From an uncultured Candidatus Saccharibacteria bacterium (GTDB taxonomy: Bacteria > Patescibacteriota > Minisyncoccia > Phycocordibacterales > CSBR16-119): DNA of 64,000 nucleotides. Of the stretch, positions 47,831 through 57,794 are shown piece by piece (position 1 is the stretch's first letter; every line of letters starts with the position of its first letter). The notes beneath the pieces were generated by a model. The model saw nothing but the letters and a program-made list of their open reading frames with translations. It did not search any database and was not told where the DNA came from. The position numbers were made by a program, and so were the translations under genes. The stretch is from the NCBI GenBank assembly GCA_964589975.1, contig CAZPVH010000001.1:164853-228852 (forward strand). The letters are read 5' to 3'.

Positions 47831-47955
47831 ATGAATCCCGTTAGAAGCCGCGGCCGCTGTGAATTAAATATCATATGAAGAGAATCAAATTAAATTTTAT
47901 AAAAAATAACAGGGTGGGTGGCGGAACGACCGCGACCTGCTTCTAACCGGATGAA
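47831..47955 (+). mobile_element. ~120-bp palindromic start-codon element, copy 1 (before murG)
   Basis: ATGAA-TCCCGTTAGAAGC...GACCGCGACCTGCTTCTAACCGG-ATGAA. Confidence 0.8.
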
Positions 47956-49081
47956 AGTTCTACTTACAGGCGGAGGTTCTGGAGGACATGTATATCCGCT
48001 TATTGCTGTGGCGGAAAAACTTCGCGAGCTTACACTTACTGAAAAAATCCTCGATATGGAGCTTTTCTATATTTCTGATACACCGTATGATCAGTCTGCT
48101 CTCGATGATAACGAAATTAAATTTCAAAAGCTTGAAACCGGAAAACAGCGGACATATTTTGCACTCGAAAATATTTTCGATATCTTCAAAACTTTTTTCG
48201 CAACTATGAAGGCGCTCTTTATGGTCTACCAGATAATGCCCGACGTTGTTTTTTCAAAAGGTGGCTATCCGTCAGTTCCAGTAACTCTTGCCGCTAGGTT
48301 TCTCGGGATTCCTGTCATTATTCACGAGTCGGACACCGTTCCGGGTCGCGCGAATAAAATGGCTTCAAAATGGGCAAAGAAAATCGCTATCTCTTTCCGC
48401 GAAGCGGCAGACTATTTCCCAAAAGAAAAAACCGCTTTTGTGGGACACATTGTCCGTCCAGAAGTCAGGAGCCCACTTAAAGAAGGAGCATTTGAATATC
48501 TAAAACTAAAATCAGTATTGCCCGTGGTTTATATTGTTGGAGGATCTCAAGGGGCAAAACTTATAAATGATTGTGTTTTGGACGCGTTGCCCGAGATGGT
48601 TACTCGCTACCAGGTGATTCATCAGACAGGTACAAAAAATTTCGAAGAGGTAAAAAATATGGCTGACATTATTCTAAAGGAATCCGGAGGTACAGAAAAT
48701 TATTATCCATTTCCATATCTTAATAAGCTCGCAGTCAGAATGTCAGCCGGTGTAGCCGCAGTAATTGTTTCAAGGGCCGGCGCAGCTTCAATCGGTGAGA
48801 TTGCTTGCTGGGGCAAACCTTCCATCCTTATCCCAATCACAAAGTCTAATGGAAATCATCAGCGTAAAAATGCCTTCAGCTACGCTGAGACCGGAGCCTG
48901 TGTTGTTATTGAAGAAGCAAATTTAAAACCGCATGTGCTACTAGAGGAAATTGATCGCATCACTAATGATGCCGAATTAGCAAAGAAAATGTCCGAGTCG
49001 GCAAAGGAGTTTGTTTATCCTGATGCAGAGGAAAAGATCGCTAGAGCAATTATAAGTATTGGTCTCGCTCATGAAAGATAG
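47951..49081 (+). CDS. murG: Lipid II GlcNAc transferase MurG
   Basis: TGGGSGGH, KGGY, GGSQGA, SRAGA, HQRKNA. Confidence 0.96.
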   Translation: MKVLLTGGGSGGHVYPLIAVAEKLRELTLTEKILDMELFYISDTPYDQSALDDNEIKFQKLETGKQRTYFALENIFDIFKTFFATMKALFMVYQIMPDVVFSKGGYPSVPVTLAARFLGIPVIIHESDTVPGRANKMASKWAKKIAISFREAADYFPKEKTAFVGHIVRPEVRSPLKEGAFEYLKLKSVLPVVYIVGGSQGAKLINDCVLDALPEMVTRYQVIHQTGTKNFEEVKNMADIILKESGGTENYYPFPYLNKLAVRMSAGVAAVIVSRAGAASIGEIACWGKPSILIPITKSNGNHQRKNAFSYAETGACVVIEEANLKPHVLLEEIDRITNDAELAKKMSESAKEFVYPDAEEKIARAIISIGLAHER

Positions 49082-50369
49082 TATCGTAACCAGAATGGCC
49101 CCGTCGCCGACGGGCAAGTTTCATGTCGGTTCTGCTCGAACGGCGCTTTTTTCTTATCTTTTTTCTCGTCATCATAATGGTAGGTTTATCTTGCGAATCG
49201 AAGATACTGACAAAGAGCGCTCGAAATCAGAGTTCGAACAAAACATTATAGACTCATTCGAGTGGCTGGGGTTAAAGTACGACGAATTCTTTCGCCAATC
49301 TGAGCGCACAGCAATATACAAAGATCACATTCAGAAATTAATTGATAATGGTTCGGCGTATGTGTCCCAGGAAGAAGCCGGGGAGGGGAAGAGGGGAGAA
49401 GTAATCCGCTTCAGGAATCCTAATACCAAAATCAAATTCACTGATGTGATTTTGGGTGATATTGAAATTGATTCGACGGATCTCAAAGACTTCGTGATTG
49501 CCAAAGATTTGGACACACCGCTGTACCACTTGACAGTTGTTGTGGATGATGGTCTTATGGAAGTTAGCCACGTGATTCGGGCCCAGGAGCATATTGCCAA
49601 TACCCCTCGGCAAATCCTTATTTTAGAGGCTTTAGGCTTCCAGAGGCCCGTATATGCTCATATACCGCTTGTTTTGGCGCCGGACAAGACCAAGCTTTCC
49701 AAACGACACGGCGCTACTGCCCTCCTGGACTTCCGAGATATGGGGTACCTCCCAGAAGCAGTCATAAACTTCTTGGCATTCCTTGGCTGGAATCCTGGGA
49801 CCGAACAGGAGCTTTTTACAATGGACGAGCTTATTCGCGATTTCTCTCTTGAAAAAGTTGGTACTGGCGGCGGAGTTTTCAATATTGAAAAGCTTGATTG
49901 GTTCAATAAAGAATATTTAAAAAAGCTTCCTGAAGCGGAAATTATTATGGAGGTCAGGAAACGCCTAGATCTCTCGGACGAAATGCTAAAGCGCGCTTTG
50001 CCATCAATCATGGAGCGAATTTCAAAATGGAAAGATTTGGAAAACGAATCAGAATTTGGATTTTATAAAGACGCGGGGGATTATGCCGCGGAAAATCTGA
50101 TCTGGAAGAAGTCCGACAATGAAAAGACTTTGGCGCACCTTGGAAAAGTTAAGGAACTACTCCAAAATGCAGATTACTCATCTGTTGAGTCTGTGAAATC
50201 GGCTGTCTGGGATTACGCCGAAGCCGCCGGACGCGGAGATGTCCTTTGGCCGCTTCGCTATTCACTCTCCGGCAAGGATAAATCACCTGATCCATTCACT
50301 TTGGCTTACATTTTAGGGAAAGATGAGGCAGTTTCTCGTATCGAGAATGCCATTGAAAAATTAGGTTAA
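49071..50369 (+). CDS. gltX: Glutamyl-tRNA synthetase
   Basis: APSPTG.FHVG, LRIEDTD, KLSKR. Confidence 0.96.
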   Translation: MKDSIVTRMAPSPTGKFHVGSARTALFSYLFSRHHNGRFILRIEDTDKERSKSEFEQNIIDSFEWLGLKYDEFFRQSERTAIYKDHIQKLIDNGSAYVSQEEAGEGKRGEVIRFRNPNTKIKFTDVILGDIEIDSTDLKDFVIAKDLDTPLYHLTVVVDDGLMEVSHVIRAQEHIANTPRQILILEALGFQRPVYAHIPLVLAPDKTKLSKRHGATALLDFRDMGYLPEAVINFLAFLGWNPGTEQELFTMDELIRDFSLEKVGTGGGVFNIEKLDWFNKEYLKKLPEAEIIMEVRKRLDLSDEMLKRALPSIMERISKWKDLENESEFGFYKDAGDYAAENLIWKKSDNEKTLAHLGKVKELLQNADYSSVESVKSAVWDYAEAAGRGDVLWPLRYSLSGKDKSPDPFTLAYILGKDEAVSRIENAIEKLG

Positions 50370-50427
50370 GTGGATACAAAAAACGGGCCGGCCATGATGG
50401 CCGACCCGTTGCACTTCCAGCTCCTTT

Positions 50428-50610
50428 TTAGCACTTGTTAGGGTCTCCTTCTTCGAGTCGTTGCTGGGTCCATTCACCGCCGAGCGGTGTTGTGGGTTTT
50501 GTTCCCAGGCACACATTGCAGTGACAGGTGTCAGTGTTGGGCTCATTGAACACATCGCCAGGCGGGGGTGTGGGAACGTGACCTGGGGGAAAGGACTTAG
50601 GTTCAGGCAT
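50428..50610 (-). CDS. 60-aa Pro/Cys-rich protein (accessory unit)
   Basis: TTGACC-N17-TAGTTT; AAACCAACAAATC leader; hairpin at 50381-50410. Confidence 0.55.
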   Translation of the reverse strand: MPEPKSFPPGHVPTPPPGDVFNEPNTDTCHCNVCLGTKPTTPLGGEWTQQRLEEGDPNKC

Positions 50611-50704
50611 GATCTTGATTTGTTGGTTTACCCTTAAACTACTTCAACATTATTCATTGGTCAAGCTTTTTGCTTTATTTACTCCTAGGAAATATACTTA
50701 GGAG

Positions 50705-52009
50705 GTGAATAGAAGTTTCAAAATCATATTTTTTATTATCGTAATTGCTGCTTTCGGCAGAGCCTTCGCGCAATCCGACCTGGAAGCCGAGCTTGAGGCG
50801 AAGAGAAAAGCCAAGGCTGAGCTAGAAGAACAGCTTCGACAAGATCAATTGAAACTCGATGCAGTGAGTAAAGAAAAGAATACTCTGAATAAGGCTGTCA
50901 CAGAGCTCGACCTCACCGGCAAGAAGCTTTCAACGGAGGTTCGACTGACAGAGTCAAAAATAAATGAGACAGAATCCACAATTAAGAATTTGAACCTGAC
51001 CATTGCGGAGAAAGAAGAGAAGATTGGAATTTTCAAAAAAACTATAGGGGTCGGTATCCAAGACTTGCACGACTTTGACCAAGAGCCCTTTATCGTTTCT
51101 GTTATCGCCAAAGGTTCGATCACGGAAGCCATGACTATTGCCGACAGTCGCCGAACGCTAAACCGAGAACTGGGGCGCGCGATTCACAATCTGTTTTCTG
51201 AGAAAGAGCTTCTAGCGCTGGATAAAAGAAACCGTGAAGAGAAAAAAGAAGAACTTTTAGATTACAAAGGGGAAGTGGTGGAGGAGAAAAAAGAAATCGA
51301 CAAGAATAAGAGCGAGAAGACCGTACTTCTAAACAGGACCAAGCAGCAGGAGGCCGAGTATCAGAAAATGATCGAGGAAAAGCTTCGGCTTCAGGCTCAG
51401 TTTGAAGACGAACTGGCTGCCATCGAAGCGCAGATTGAATTTGATCTTGATCCAAACTCTTATCCGAAAGCTAAAAATGGAACTCTGACCTGGCCGCTTG
51501 AGCACGTTTTGATCACTCAGGGATTCGGCCAGACCGCGAGCTCTTTGAAACTGTATAGTTACCGGACTGGAGCATGGGCCGGCAAGCATGCTGGCGTAGA
51601 TTTCCGAGCAAATAACGACAGAGTCTTGGCTATGGGCGACGGCGTGGTTGTCGGTGCCGGCAACACGGATCAGGTTTGCCCGAAGGCTTCGACAGGAGTC
51701 TGGCTTCTCATAAAATATGACAACGGCCTCGCCAACACCTTCTTCCACCTCTCGTCGACGCTCGTGAAGGCGGGCGACAGGGTGAAGGCCGGCGACTTGG
51801 TCGCGTACAGCGGCAACACTGGATACTCGACAGCGCCGCATCTACATGTCGGTGTTATGCCTGCTTCAGCGGTCTCTGTTAAAACGTGGGCTTCCAAAGG
51901 CTGCCCAGGCAAAAACTACACGACGCCGGTCGTGGCGAACTCGCTTTATCTAAATCCACTCGATTACATGCCAAAGGCAGCCGCCAATATGTTCAAGGAA
52001 AATCTATAA
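50705..52009 (+). CDS. Coiled-coil M23 peptidase (murein hydrolase/EnvC-like)
   Basis: HAGVD, GNTGYSTAPHLH. Confidence 0.92.
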   Translation: MNRSFKIIFFIIVIAAFGRAFAQSDLEAELEAKRKAKAELEEQLRQDQLKLDAVSKEKNTLNKAVTELDLTGKKLSTEVRLTESKINETESTIKNLNLTIAEKEEKIGIFKKTIGVGIQDLHDFDQEPFIVSVIAKGSITEAMTIADSRRTLNRELGRAIHNLFSEKELLALDKRNREEKKEELLDYKGEVVEEKKEIDKNKSEKTVLLNRTKQQEAEYQKMIEEKLRLQAQFEDELAAIEAQIEFDLDPNSYPKAKNGTLTWPLEHVLITQGFGQTASSLKLYSYRTGAWAGKHAGVDFRANNDRVLAMGDGVVVGAGNTDQVCPKASTGVWLLIKYDNGLANTFFHLSSTLVKAGDRVKAGDLVAYSGNTGYSTAPHLHVGVMPASAVSVKTWASKGCPGKNYTTPVVANSLYLNPLDYMPKAAANMFKENL

Positions 52010-52041
52010 ATATAAGGACCCTCGCTTCGCCGTCAGGAAAT

Positions 52042-52299
52042 ATGAAAACGTTTAAGGAAAAAGTTTTAGACGTCGTTAGAAAAATTCCAAAAGGGAAAAC
52101 TTTAACGTACAAGGATGTGGCCGTGAAAGCAGGGGCGCCAGGCGCGGCTCGGGCTGTCGGCACCATAATGTCCGGAAACTATCTTCCCGATGTTCCGTGT
52201 CACAGAGTCGTGAGGTCGGACGGGAAGATCGGACACTACAATCGCGGCGGCCAAGCGGCCAAGTGGAAACTGTTAAAAACCGAAGGCGCGCTTAAATAA
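52042..52299 (+). CDS. MGMT-family O6-methylguanine-DNA methyltransferase domain protein
   Basis: IPKG..TY, ARAVG, PCHRV. Confidence 0.92.
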   Translation: MKTFKEKVLDVVRKIPKGKTLTYKDVAVKAGAPGAARAVGTIMSGNYLPDVPCHRVVRSDGKIGHYNRGGQAAKWKLLKTEGALK

Positions 52300-52321
52300 G
52301 TTTTGATACAATATATTCATC

Positions 52322-52660
52322 ATGATTAGGCTCTTGGTAGTCGCAATTCTCCTTTTAGTAATTCTTGGGCTTCTTGGCGTGTCTGTTCAGCATGATATTG
52401 TCGAGAATCCGGGAGTTCAAGAAAATACTTCTTATGTTGGTACCGGTATTGCCAGCTTCTTTACCACATACCTCGCGGCGCCGTTTGATTATCTCTGGAA
52501 TGATATTTTCGTCGGCATTCTTTGGGGCACATTCGTCGAGAATATGGAGAGACTCCAGAACGGCGAACCGCCGACATACTTCCAAGGCCAGACTCAAGGC
52601 GTCATTCCGTCAATTCCGCAGATGATCGACGACTACAACGAAGCCCATCCGGCTAATTAA
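52322..52660 (+). CDS. Hypothetical membrane or secreted protein
   Basis: Hydrophobic N-terminus; TACAAT 9 nt upstream. Confidence 0.7.
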   Translation: MIRLLVVAILLLVILGLLGVSVQHDIVENPGVQENTSYVGTGIASFFTTYLAAPFDYLWNDIFVGILWGTFVENMERLQNGEPPTYFQGQTQGVIPSIPQMIDDYNEAHPAN

Positions 52661-52708
52661 AAAGAAGAAGCCCTGACTTTCGTCAGGGCCTCTTTTCGAG
52701 TGAGCATG

Positions 52709-52924
52709 CTATTGTCCATTTCCAAGCCAAGCAAAGGCTGTAACGAAACTTCCACCGATGGCGATAGGTATGACCGTACAGGCGGTGCCTCCAAGTTCGC
52801 TGACGGGGCAGAGTGTGTAGAAGCAGAAGTCGCAACCGAACACCAGGAAGGTGATCAAATTGATTACCGCGACAAACACAGAAATGATGGAAACAACGCC
52901 GATGACGTTGAGCAGGGTTTTCAT
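52709..52924 (-). CDS. 71-aa Cys-containing 2-TM protein (accessory unit)
   Basis: Perfect TTGACA-N17-TATAAT; A/C leader; shared hairpin at 52669-52690. Confidence 0.65.
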   Translation of the reverse strand: MKTLLNVIGVVSIISVFVAVINLITFLVFGCDFCFYTLCPVSELGGTACTVIPIAIGGSFVTAFAWLGNGQ

Positions 52925-53029
52925 GGGTGCAGTTTTATGGTTCTAAATTTATTATATCATGAATATATACTTATGTCAATGATAAAAGCCCCGGAGTAAT
53001 CCAGGGCCTTTTTATCTTTTGTACTGAGC

Positions 53030-54226
53030 TTATACCTTAGTCGCTAGATGGTAATTCTCATACCACTCACTCGCGCCATCAGTCGGCTGCCAAAGCATGC
53101 GAATCTGCTCAACGACCATCTCGAGCTGTTGCAGGTCGCCCGTAATTGCGTCCAGAACGCGAATCATAAGGAGCGCTATCGTCAGCTCGATCTGTTGCGG
53201 AGGCATAGCGTGTCGCAGGCCGTCAAAAGTGATCGGGAAGCCTCCATTTACTAGGGTTCTCCCCTCGAGTCGGTAATTCTGATGGAGTGTGCCACTAGCG
53301 TTGCGGAATGGTACGGCGGGGAATTCGCGATCAGACGACGACATACTAATGAGCGAAACTTTAGGATGTAGTTCACTCAAGTCGTTTTCTCGCAAAACCT
53401 CTTTGCCCGACGTACCAATAATCACATCAAAGTAGGGTAACCGAGTTCGTAGCTCGTCCTCAGAACGGATGAAGTGTTCTGGCCGCAGAAGATCGAAGAC
53501 ACCCTTTAAGCCAAAAGGCTCTTTGTGGATATTATCGAGTCCAGGGTCAAACACCGCCCCCGCCAACTTATGCGAGCAGAGAAATTGTCCAGCCATCTGT
53601 CGTCCGATATGTCCGAGACCCATGATGAGAATCTTCGGATCAGTTAGTCCGGTCTCTTTCAGGTATCGGAGAGTCTTCTCTGTCCCGCATTTCCCAATGT
53701 AGGGAGATTCGTACATGAGCTTTTGATATGACCGAGCGACCGAGATCGAACGAAACTTTACGCCGGCATCTTGGATCTTGTGGTGGCCAGACGAAGTTTG
53801 TTCAATGCCAACGATGTTTGTTAGACCACTGCAGAGCTTGTTTGCCACGAGGTGCATGAATCCACCATCATCGAGGATGATCACTTTGTCGTACTTTGCC
53901 ATTGGTCGGCGAGAGATCTCACTGGCAATATAGACAGAAAGTTTCTCTTCGAACCAAGAATCAAATGAAACGAGGGGATCAAACTCATGACTGAAAGGAG
54001 CAACAATGGATCCCGTTACTTCGAGTTCACGTAGAACTTCAGCGCTAGTCGAGTAGTTCTTACCGACGACAACGCAATTTTCTGGCTTGAGACCCATTTG
54101 GAACAGGTGCTCAAACATTCGCTTTTGTGGTTCCAGCAAGTGCTGGCAAGCTAGGAGGAGCACGTTTCCGAGCCCTACCTCTTCGTAGAGTTCTGAAACT
54201 CTCTGGAGTAGGGGATAGCTGTGCAT
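53030..54226 (-). CDS. Adenosylhomocysteinase-like NAD-binding protein (accessory unit)
   Basis: CQHLL, ILDDGG, IEQTSSG, GLGHIG, SMSSSDREF. Confidence 0.75.
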   Translation of the reverse strand: MHSYPLLQRVSELYEEVGLGNVLLLACQHLLEPQKRMFEHLFQMGLKPENCVVVGKNYSTSAEVLRELEVTGSIVAPFSHEFDPLVSFDSWFEEKLSVYIASEISRRPMAKYDKVIILDDGGFMHLVANKLCSGLTNIVGIEQTSSGHHKIQDAGVKFRSISVARSYQKLMYESPYIGKCGTEKTLRYLKETGLTDPKILIMGLGHIGRQMAGQFLCSHKLAGAVFDPGLDNIHKEPFGLKGVFDLLRPEHFIRSEDELRTRLPYFDVIIGTSGKEVLRENDLSELHPKVSLISMSSSDREFPAVPFRNASGTLHQNYRLEGRTLVNGGFPITFDGLRHAMPPQQIELTIALLMIRVLDAITGDLQQLEMVVEQIRMLWQPTDGASEWYENYHLATKV

Positions 54227-54316
54227 GTTATTTGTAAGGTTCAGGTTACGACTCGCTTTATAACACATAAATTCATATTTTGTCAATACAAATATTAAAT
54301 GTTACAATGTCTACGC

Positions 54317-55231
54317 ATGGGCTACAGTCTGTCTACAGACGACTTAAGAGAGAAATTCGGAAACCTGGTTTTAGAACTCATTTATCATAAGGAAAATAAA
54401 AGGACTTCTTGTGTTCGGAGATTGTCTGACAATGCCGCGCTGGCTTATAGCTACGTGGCATTTTTTAATGAAGGAATTCTGGCGCTCGGCAAAGAACTAC
54501 ACGACCAAATCGTGTCGGGAAAAAGTATCGGGGAAGTTATCAGAGACTCTGGAGTGCTTCATGAGCGCACGGAAAGCAAAAATTTTTCCTCTAAAGTAAA
54601 CCTCGGCTTATCTTTTTTATTTGATACGAGAAAGGATTATTGTCTGAGCAGGAAAGTTGATTACAAAATAAAAGGAACGTCGTATGCTTCGATTGTTGAA
54701 TTTTATAATCCGGAATACTTATCTATAGAGGATTCAAATCCACGACAAGATAATATTGGAATCGAGGACTACCTGATCATTGATCGACTGAAGCCCGGGT
54801 TTGAGGAAAAATATTTAGCGCTCGCGCATGGATTCCTGAAAAAACAAATGCATCTTGGTATCGAAGACCAGGATACTTTTATCGAAAAGACCCGAGAGAC
54901 ACTAAATTTACTCACGAGTGATACTAACACCAGATTATTCGTTGCGGCAAACCAAAGAGAATTTATTGGCTACATCGCCATCAACATTCACCCGGCGCTC
55001 CATATTAATGGCCTGGAATGCGTGGCGCGCGAGCTGTATGTCAAAGATGAATATCAGCGTAAAGGAATCGGCACAGCTCTAATGGCCTATATTGAACGAT
55101 ACGCAGCAAAGTTAGGATGCAAAAGGATATCATTAGCGACTAATTTGGAAAACGAGGTTCAGAAGGCATTTTATGAAAATATCGGTTTTTCTAAGCGCTG
55201 TGATTTTTTAACAAAAAGACTCACTGACTAA
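54317..55231 (+). CDS. Chorismate-lyase/UTRA-like N-domain fused to a GNAT acetyltransferase
   Basis: SIGEVIR...IVEFY; ELYV..EYQRKGIG, FYE.IGF. Confidence 0.75.
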   Translation: MGYSLSTDDLREKFGNLVLELIYHKENKRTSCVRRLSDNAALAYSYVAFFNEGILALGKELHDQIVSGKSIGEVIRDSGVLHERTESKNFSSKVNLGLSFLFDTRKDYCLSRKVDYKIKGTSYASIVEFYNPEYLSIEDSNPRQDNIGIEDYLIIDRLKPGFEEKYLALAHGFLKKQMHLGIEDQDTFIEKTRETLNLLTSDTNTRLFVAANQREFIGYIAINIHPALHINGLECVARELYVKDEYQRKGIGTALMAYIERYAAKLGCKRISLATNLENEVQKAFYENIGFSKRCDFLTKRLTD

Positions 55232-55477
55232 ATGGGGAGGAGTAAATAAAATTCTGATTCAAAAATTATTTTAAATGATCCAAACCCTAACGGGGAACGG
55301 TCTAAGAACCCATTCTTAGGTAAAAATTTTAATCGCTGTAGGGAAGAAGTCCCTAGGAGGAAGCGTCGTAAAAGATATATTGTGCGACGCTTATCTATTC
55401 TGGAAAAGCCCTTCCCCCTATGAAAATGGCTCGGACTTTTAAATCCGGCCACTCATCAAATCCTCTGCTCTTTTCAC

Positions 55478-55792
55478 CTAGCACGACGCCGCCGGCGTAA
55501 GTCCGCTTCCCTCAGCTTCTTCCTTCGATTCAAAGAAAACTCTATTTTCAGGTTTTATGCGATTTATACTTTTGCAGCCTTTTGGATAGTATTTTGTCCC
55601 GCTCTTTGATGCCACAAAGGCATACTTTGACTCATCTATTGATAGGTTTTGAAGCTCTGGGATGATCACACGAGCTTCGCTCTTATCGCGGTACTCTTCG
55701 GCGACTGAAAGTCTGCCCAATCCGAAAGAAGCCGTGGCAGATAAAATAATAATAGCAATCAGCGCAATAGATTTTTTATCGATACTTTTCAT
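55478..55792 (-). CDS. Membrane-anchored protein with an Ada metal-binding-like tail
   Basis: FGLGRL, ASKSGTKYY...C...I...N...F....EA. Confidence 0.8.
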   Translation of the reverse strand: MKSIDKKSIALIAIIILSATASFGLGRLSVAEEYRDKSEARVIIPELQNLSIDESKYAFVASKSGTKYYPKGCKSINRIKPENRVFFESKEEAEGSGLTPAASC

Positions 55793-56522
55793 CGACAATA
55801 TCTCCTAACTCATCAAAGTCAATTACAACTTCTTGAAGTCCGGCAGCCCATGGCGCAACCTGATACGGCTGGAAAATGATTACAAGCTTATTATCAAGTG
55901 TCAGATAAAACGCTTCGAAGTTAGTGCTGACAGGTTCTGTGCCGTCATTTATCCAATTCCCTTCAGTTCCAAGTTTCTCAGTAAGCTTCGTTCGAGAAAT
56001 CTCAGAAAGTTTTTTTAGGAACGCTGACTCGGGTACGAAAATACTTCCGAGGTACACTCGCTTTCCAGTTCGGTCATAAGTAAAGGTCTTTACTGCCAAG
56101 TTTCCATGCGCGCCGCCTGTGTAAGTTTCTATATTAAATATTATTGTTGTCGTATCCTTCCCTGCTGCAATCTTGAATTCGGAAATGAATGCATATGGCG
56201 CTGTTTGTCCAGGATACGGTTCGCCGCTCTGCTCCTTGAATTCGGCAATGGCTTTATTTATAAAATTTAGAATTTCGCTATCGACAGAGTCTATTCCTGT
56301 TACCGGGTATTCTGCTTTTATTGTGAAATGTCCGCCGTCTTCGGAGATCTTTTTTTTGACAGGATCCTTTGTTTCTGGGGTCTCACTTCCCTCTTCCCCA
56401 TCCGGGATCTCTGTATTTCCGAGATCTTCCGGCGCCTGATAATCAGGGCTATCTTTCCGAATCAAGAAGTATCCAAGTGCCAAAACTGCCAAAACCAGCA
56501 ACAAAATAAGGGTGTTTTTCAT
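55776..56522 (-). CDS. DUF3298/RsiV-family exported protein
   Basis: YTGGAHG, FQPYQVAPWAAG. Confidence 0.88.
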   Translation of the reverse strand: MKNTLILLLVLAVLALGYFLIRKDSPDYQAPEDLGNTEIPDGEEGSETPETKDPVKKKISEDGGHFTIKAEYPVTGIDSVDSEILNFINKAIAEFKEQSGEPYPGQTAPYAFISEFKIAAGKDTTTIIFNIETYTGGAHGNLAVKTFTYDRTGKRVYLGSIFVPESAFLKKLSEISRTKLTEKLGTEGNWINDGTEPVSTNFEAFYLTLDNKLVIIFQPYQVAPWAAGLQEVVIDFDELGDIVDEKYR

Positions 56523-56671
56523 GGCCATATTTTACCCTCACACCAATTAAATTGGAAGTGCACAAAAAGCCCAGATTTCACCACAGAATTGGTGTGAGGG
56601 TTTACCATATTGCATTTTTAGGGCATATGTTATATAGTTTCTGGACTTAAAAGCGTTTATTTAACACATAT

Positions 56672-56950
56672 ATGGCCCATAGAAAAGCCGGCGGTACAGC
56701 TAGAAACCTAAGAGATTCAAACCCTAAATACCTGGGGGTTAAGGTTGCAGACGGACAGTCTGTTAACGCGGGTGGAATCATTGTCCGCCAGCGTGGAACA
56801 GCTTTCCTTCCAGGAAATAACACCGATATGGGCAAGGATCATACAATTCATGCCCTGAAGGATGGAAAGGTCAAAATTGGCCTCACCAGGAAAGTTGGAT
56901 TCGATAATCGAACAGTTTCAAAGAAAATAATCCACGTTGTAACAAAGTAA
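56672..56950 (+). CDS. rpmA: 50S ribosomal protein L27
   Basis: [20 protein letters not shown]. Confidence 0.97.
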   Translation: MAHRKAGGTARNLRDSNPKYLGVKVADGQSVNAGGIIVRQRGTAFLPGNNTDMGKDHTIHALKDGKVKIGLTRKVGFDNRTVSKKIIHVVTK

Positions 56951-57012
56951 TCCTTGAAACGAAAAGCGAAACCCCGGACATGCCGGGGTTTTTGCTTGTT
57001 CATACTGCGAGC

Positions 57013-57186
57013 TTAATCAGCTTCCATACCGGCGTTCAATGGAGCTCCGCCAGTTGCCCGATGACACTTTGCAAACCGCTCTGAGAGGTCGCGCGCTCTA
57101 ATTTCATGCTTGAGTCGAACACATTCTTTCCGAAGCATTTTGATCTCCGAGCTCTTACTTGTCCTTTTTGACTTTCTTCCGCTCAT
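57013..57186 (-). CDS. 57-aa basic protein (accessory unit)
   Basis: TTGCGA-N17-TATTGT; shares the rpmA terminator. Confidence 0.45.
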   Translation of the reverse strand: MSGRKSKRTSKSSEIKMLRKECVRLKHEIRARDLSERFAKCHRATGGAPLNAGMEAD

Positions 57187-57237
57187 TGCTCTGGGTATTT
57201 TCAAATACAATATCACGGGTTTTAATCAGTCGCAATC

Positions 57238-57675
57238 TTAATCTGCTTCGATTGAGATTTTGAGATTATGTCCTTCTGCACCGACAATCGGAAGTTCTAA
57301 CTCCCCTGTCTTCTTTATTGGACTTCGTAGATCTAAATTCTTTTCATCAAGATGAATTTCCTTTTCTTTTAGAAGCGTCAGGATTTCCCGAGCTGAGACG
57401 CCTGAGAATAGATGTCCTTCATCATTTGCCTTCTTCTTTATCACAAGTGTGAAGTCGGTAAGCTTATCAAGTGCATCTTGAAACTCCTTGGAGTGCTTAG
57501 CCACCTGTCCTGCTCTCGCGTCAGTTCTCTTCTTTAGCTCAGCGAGCATTCCCGGCGTGGCTTCGACAGCCAATTTCTTCGGGATCAAGAAATTTCGTGC
57601 GTATCCTTCGTTTATCTCCTTTACTTCGTCTTTCTGCCCCTTCTTCTTTACGTTCTGGAGGAATATGACTTTCAT
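57238..57675 (-). CDS. rplI: 50S ribosomal protein L9
   Basis: MKVIF, GYARNFLIP, LFSGV. Confidence 0.96.
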   Translation of the reverse strand: MKVIFLQNVKKKGQKDEVKEINEGYARNFLIPKKLAVEATPGMLAELKKRTDARAGQVAKHSKEFQDALDKLTDFTLVIKKKANDEGHLFSGVSAREILTLLKEKEIHLDEKNLDLRSPIKKTGELELPIVGAEGHNLKISIEAD

Positions 57676-57790
57676 CCCGTTAAAAACAGGTCGCGGTCTT
57701 CGCGCTACCCGTTTTTTGAATACTTATAATGATTTAAGATATTACCATAAAGAAACATTGCACGCGACTGCGGTTTCTAACGGGATTCAT
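57671..57790 (-). mobile_element. ~120-bp palindromic start-codon element, copy 2 (before rplI)
   Basis: Minus strand ATGAA-TCCCGTTAGAAAC...GACCGCGACCTGTTTTTAACGGG-ATGAA. Confidence 0.8.
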
Positions 57791-57794
57791 ATCT

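Noticed and set aside
55400-55460. Hammerhead ribozyme (TGATGAG on the minus strand)
   Set aside because: Lacks the leading C and the GAAA after stem II; it is a simple hairpin
980-56950. rplU and rpmA being unlinked as a novelty
   Set aside because: Operon break-up is unremarkable in reduced, rearranged genomes
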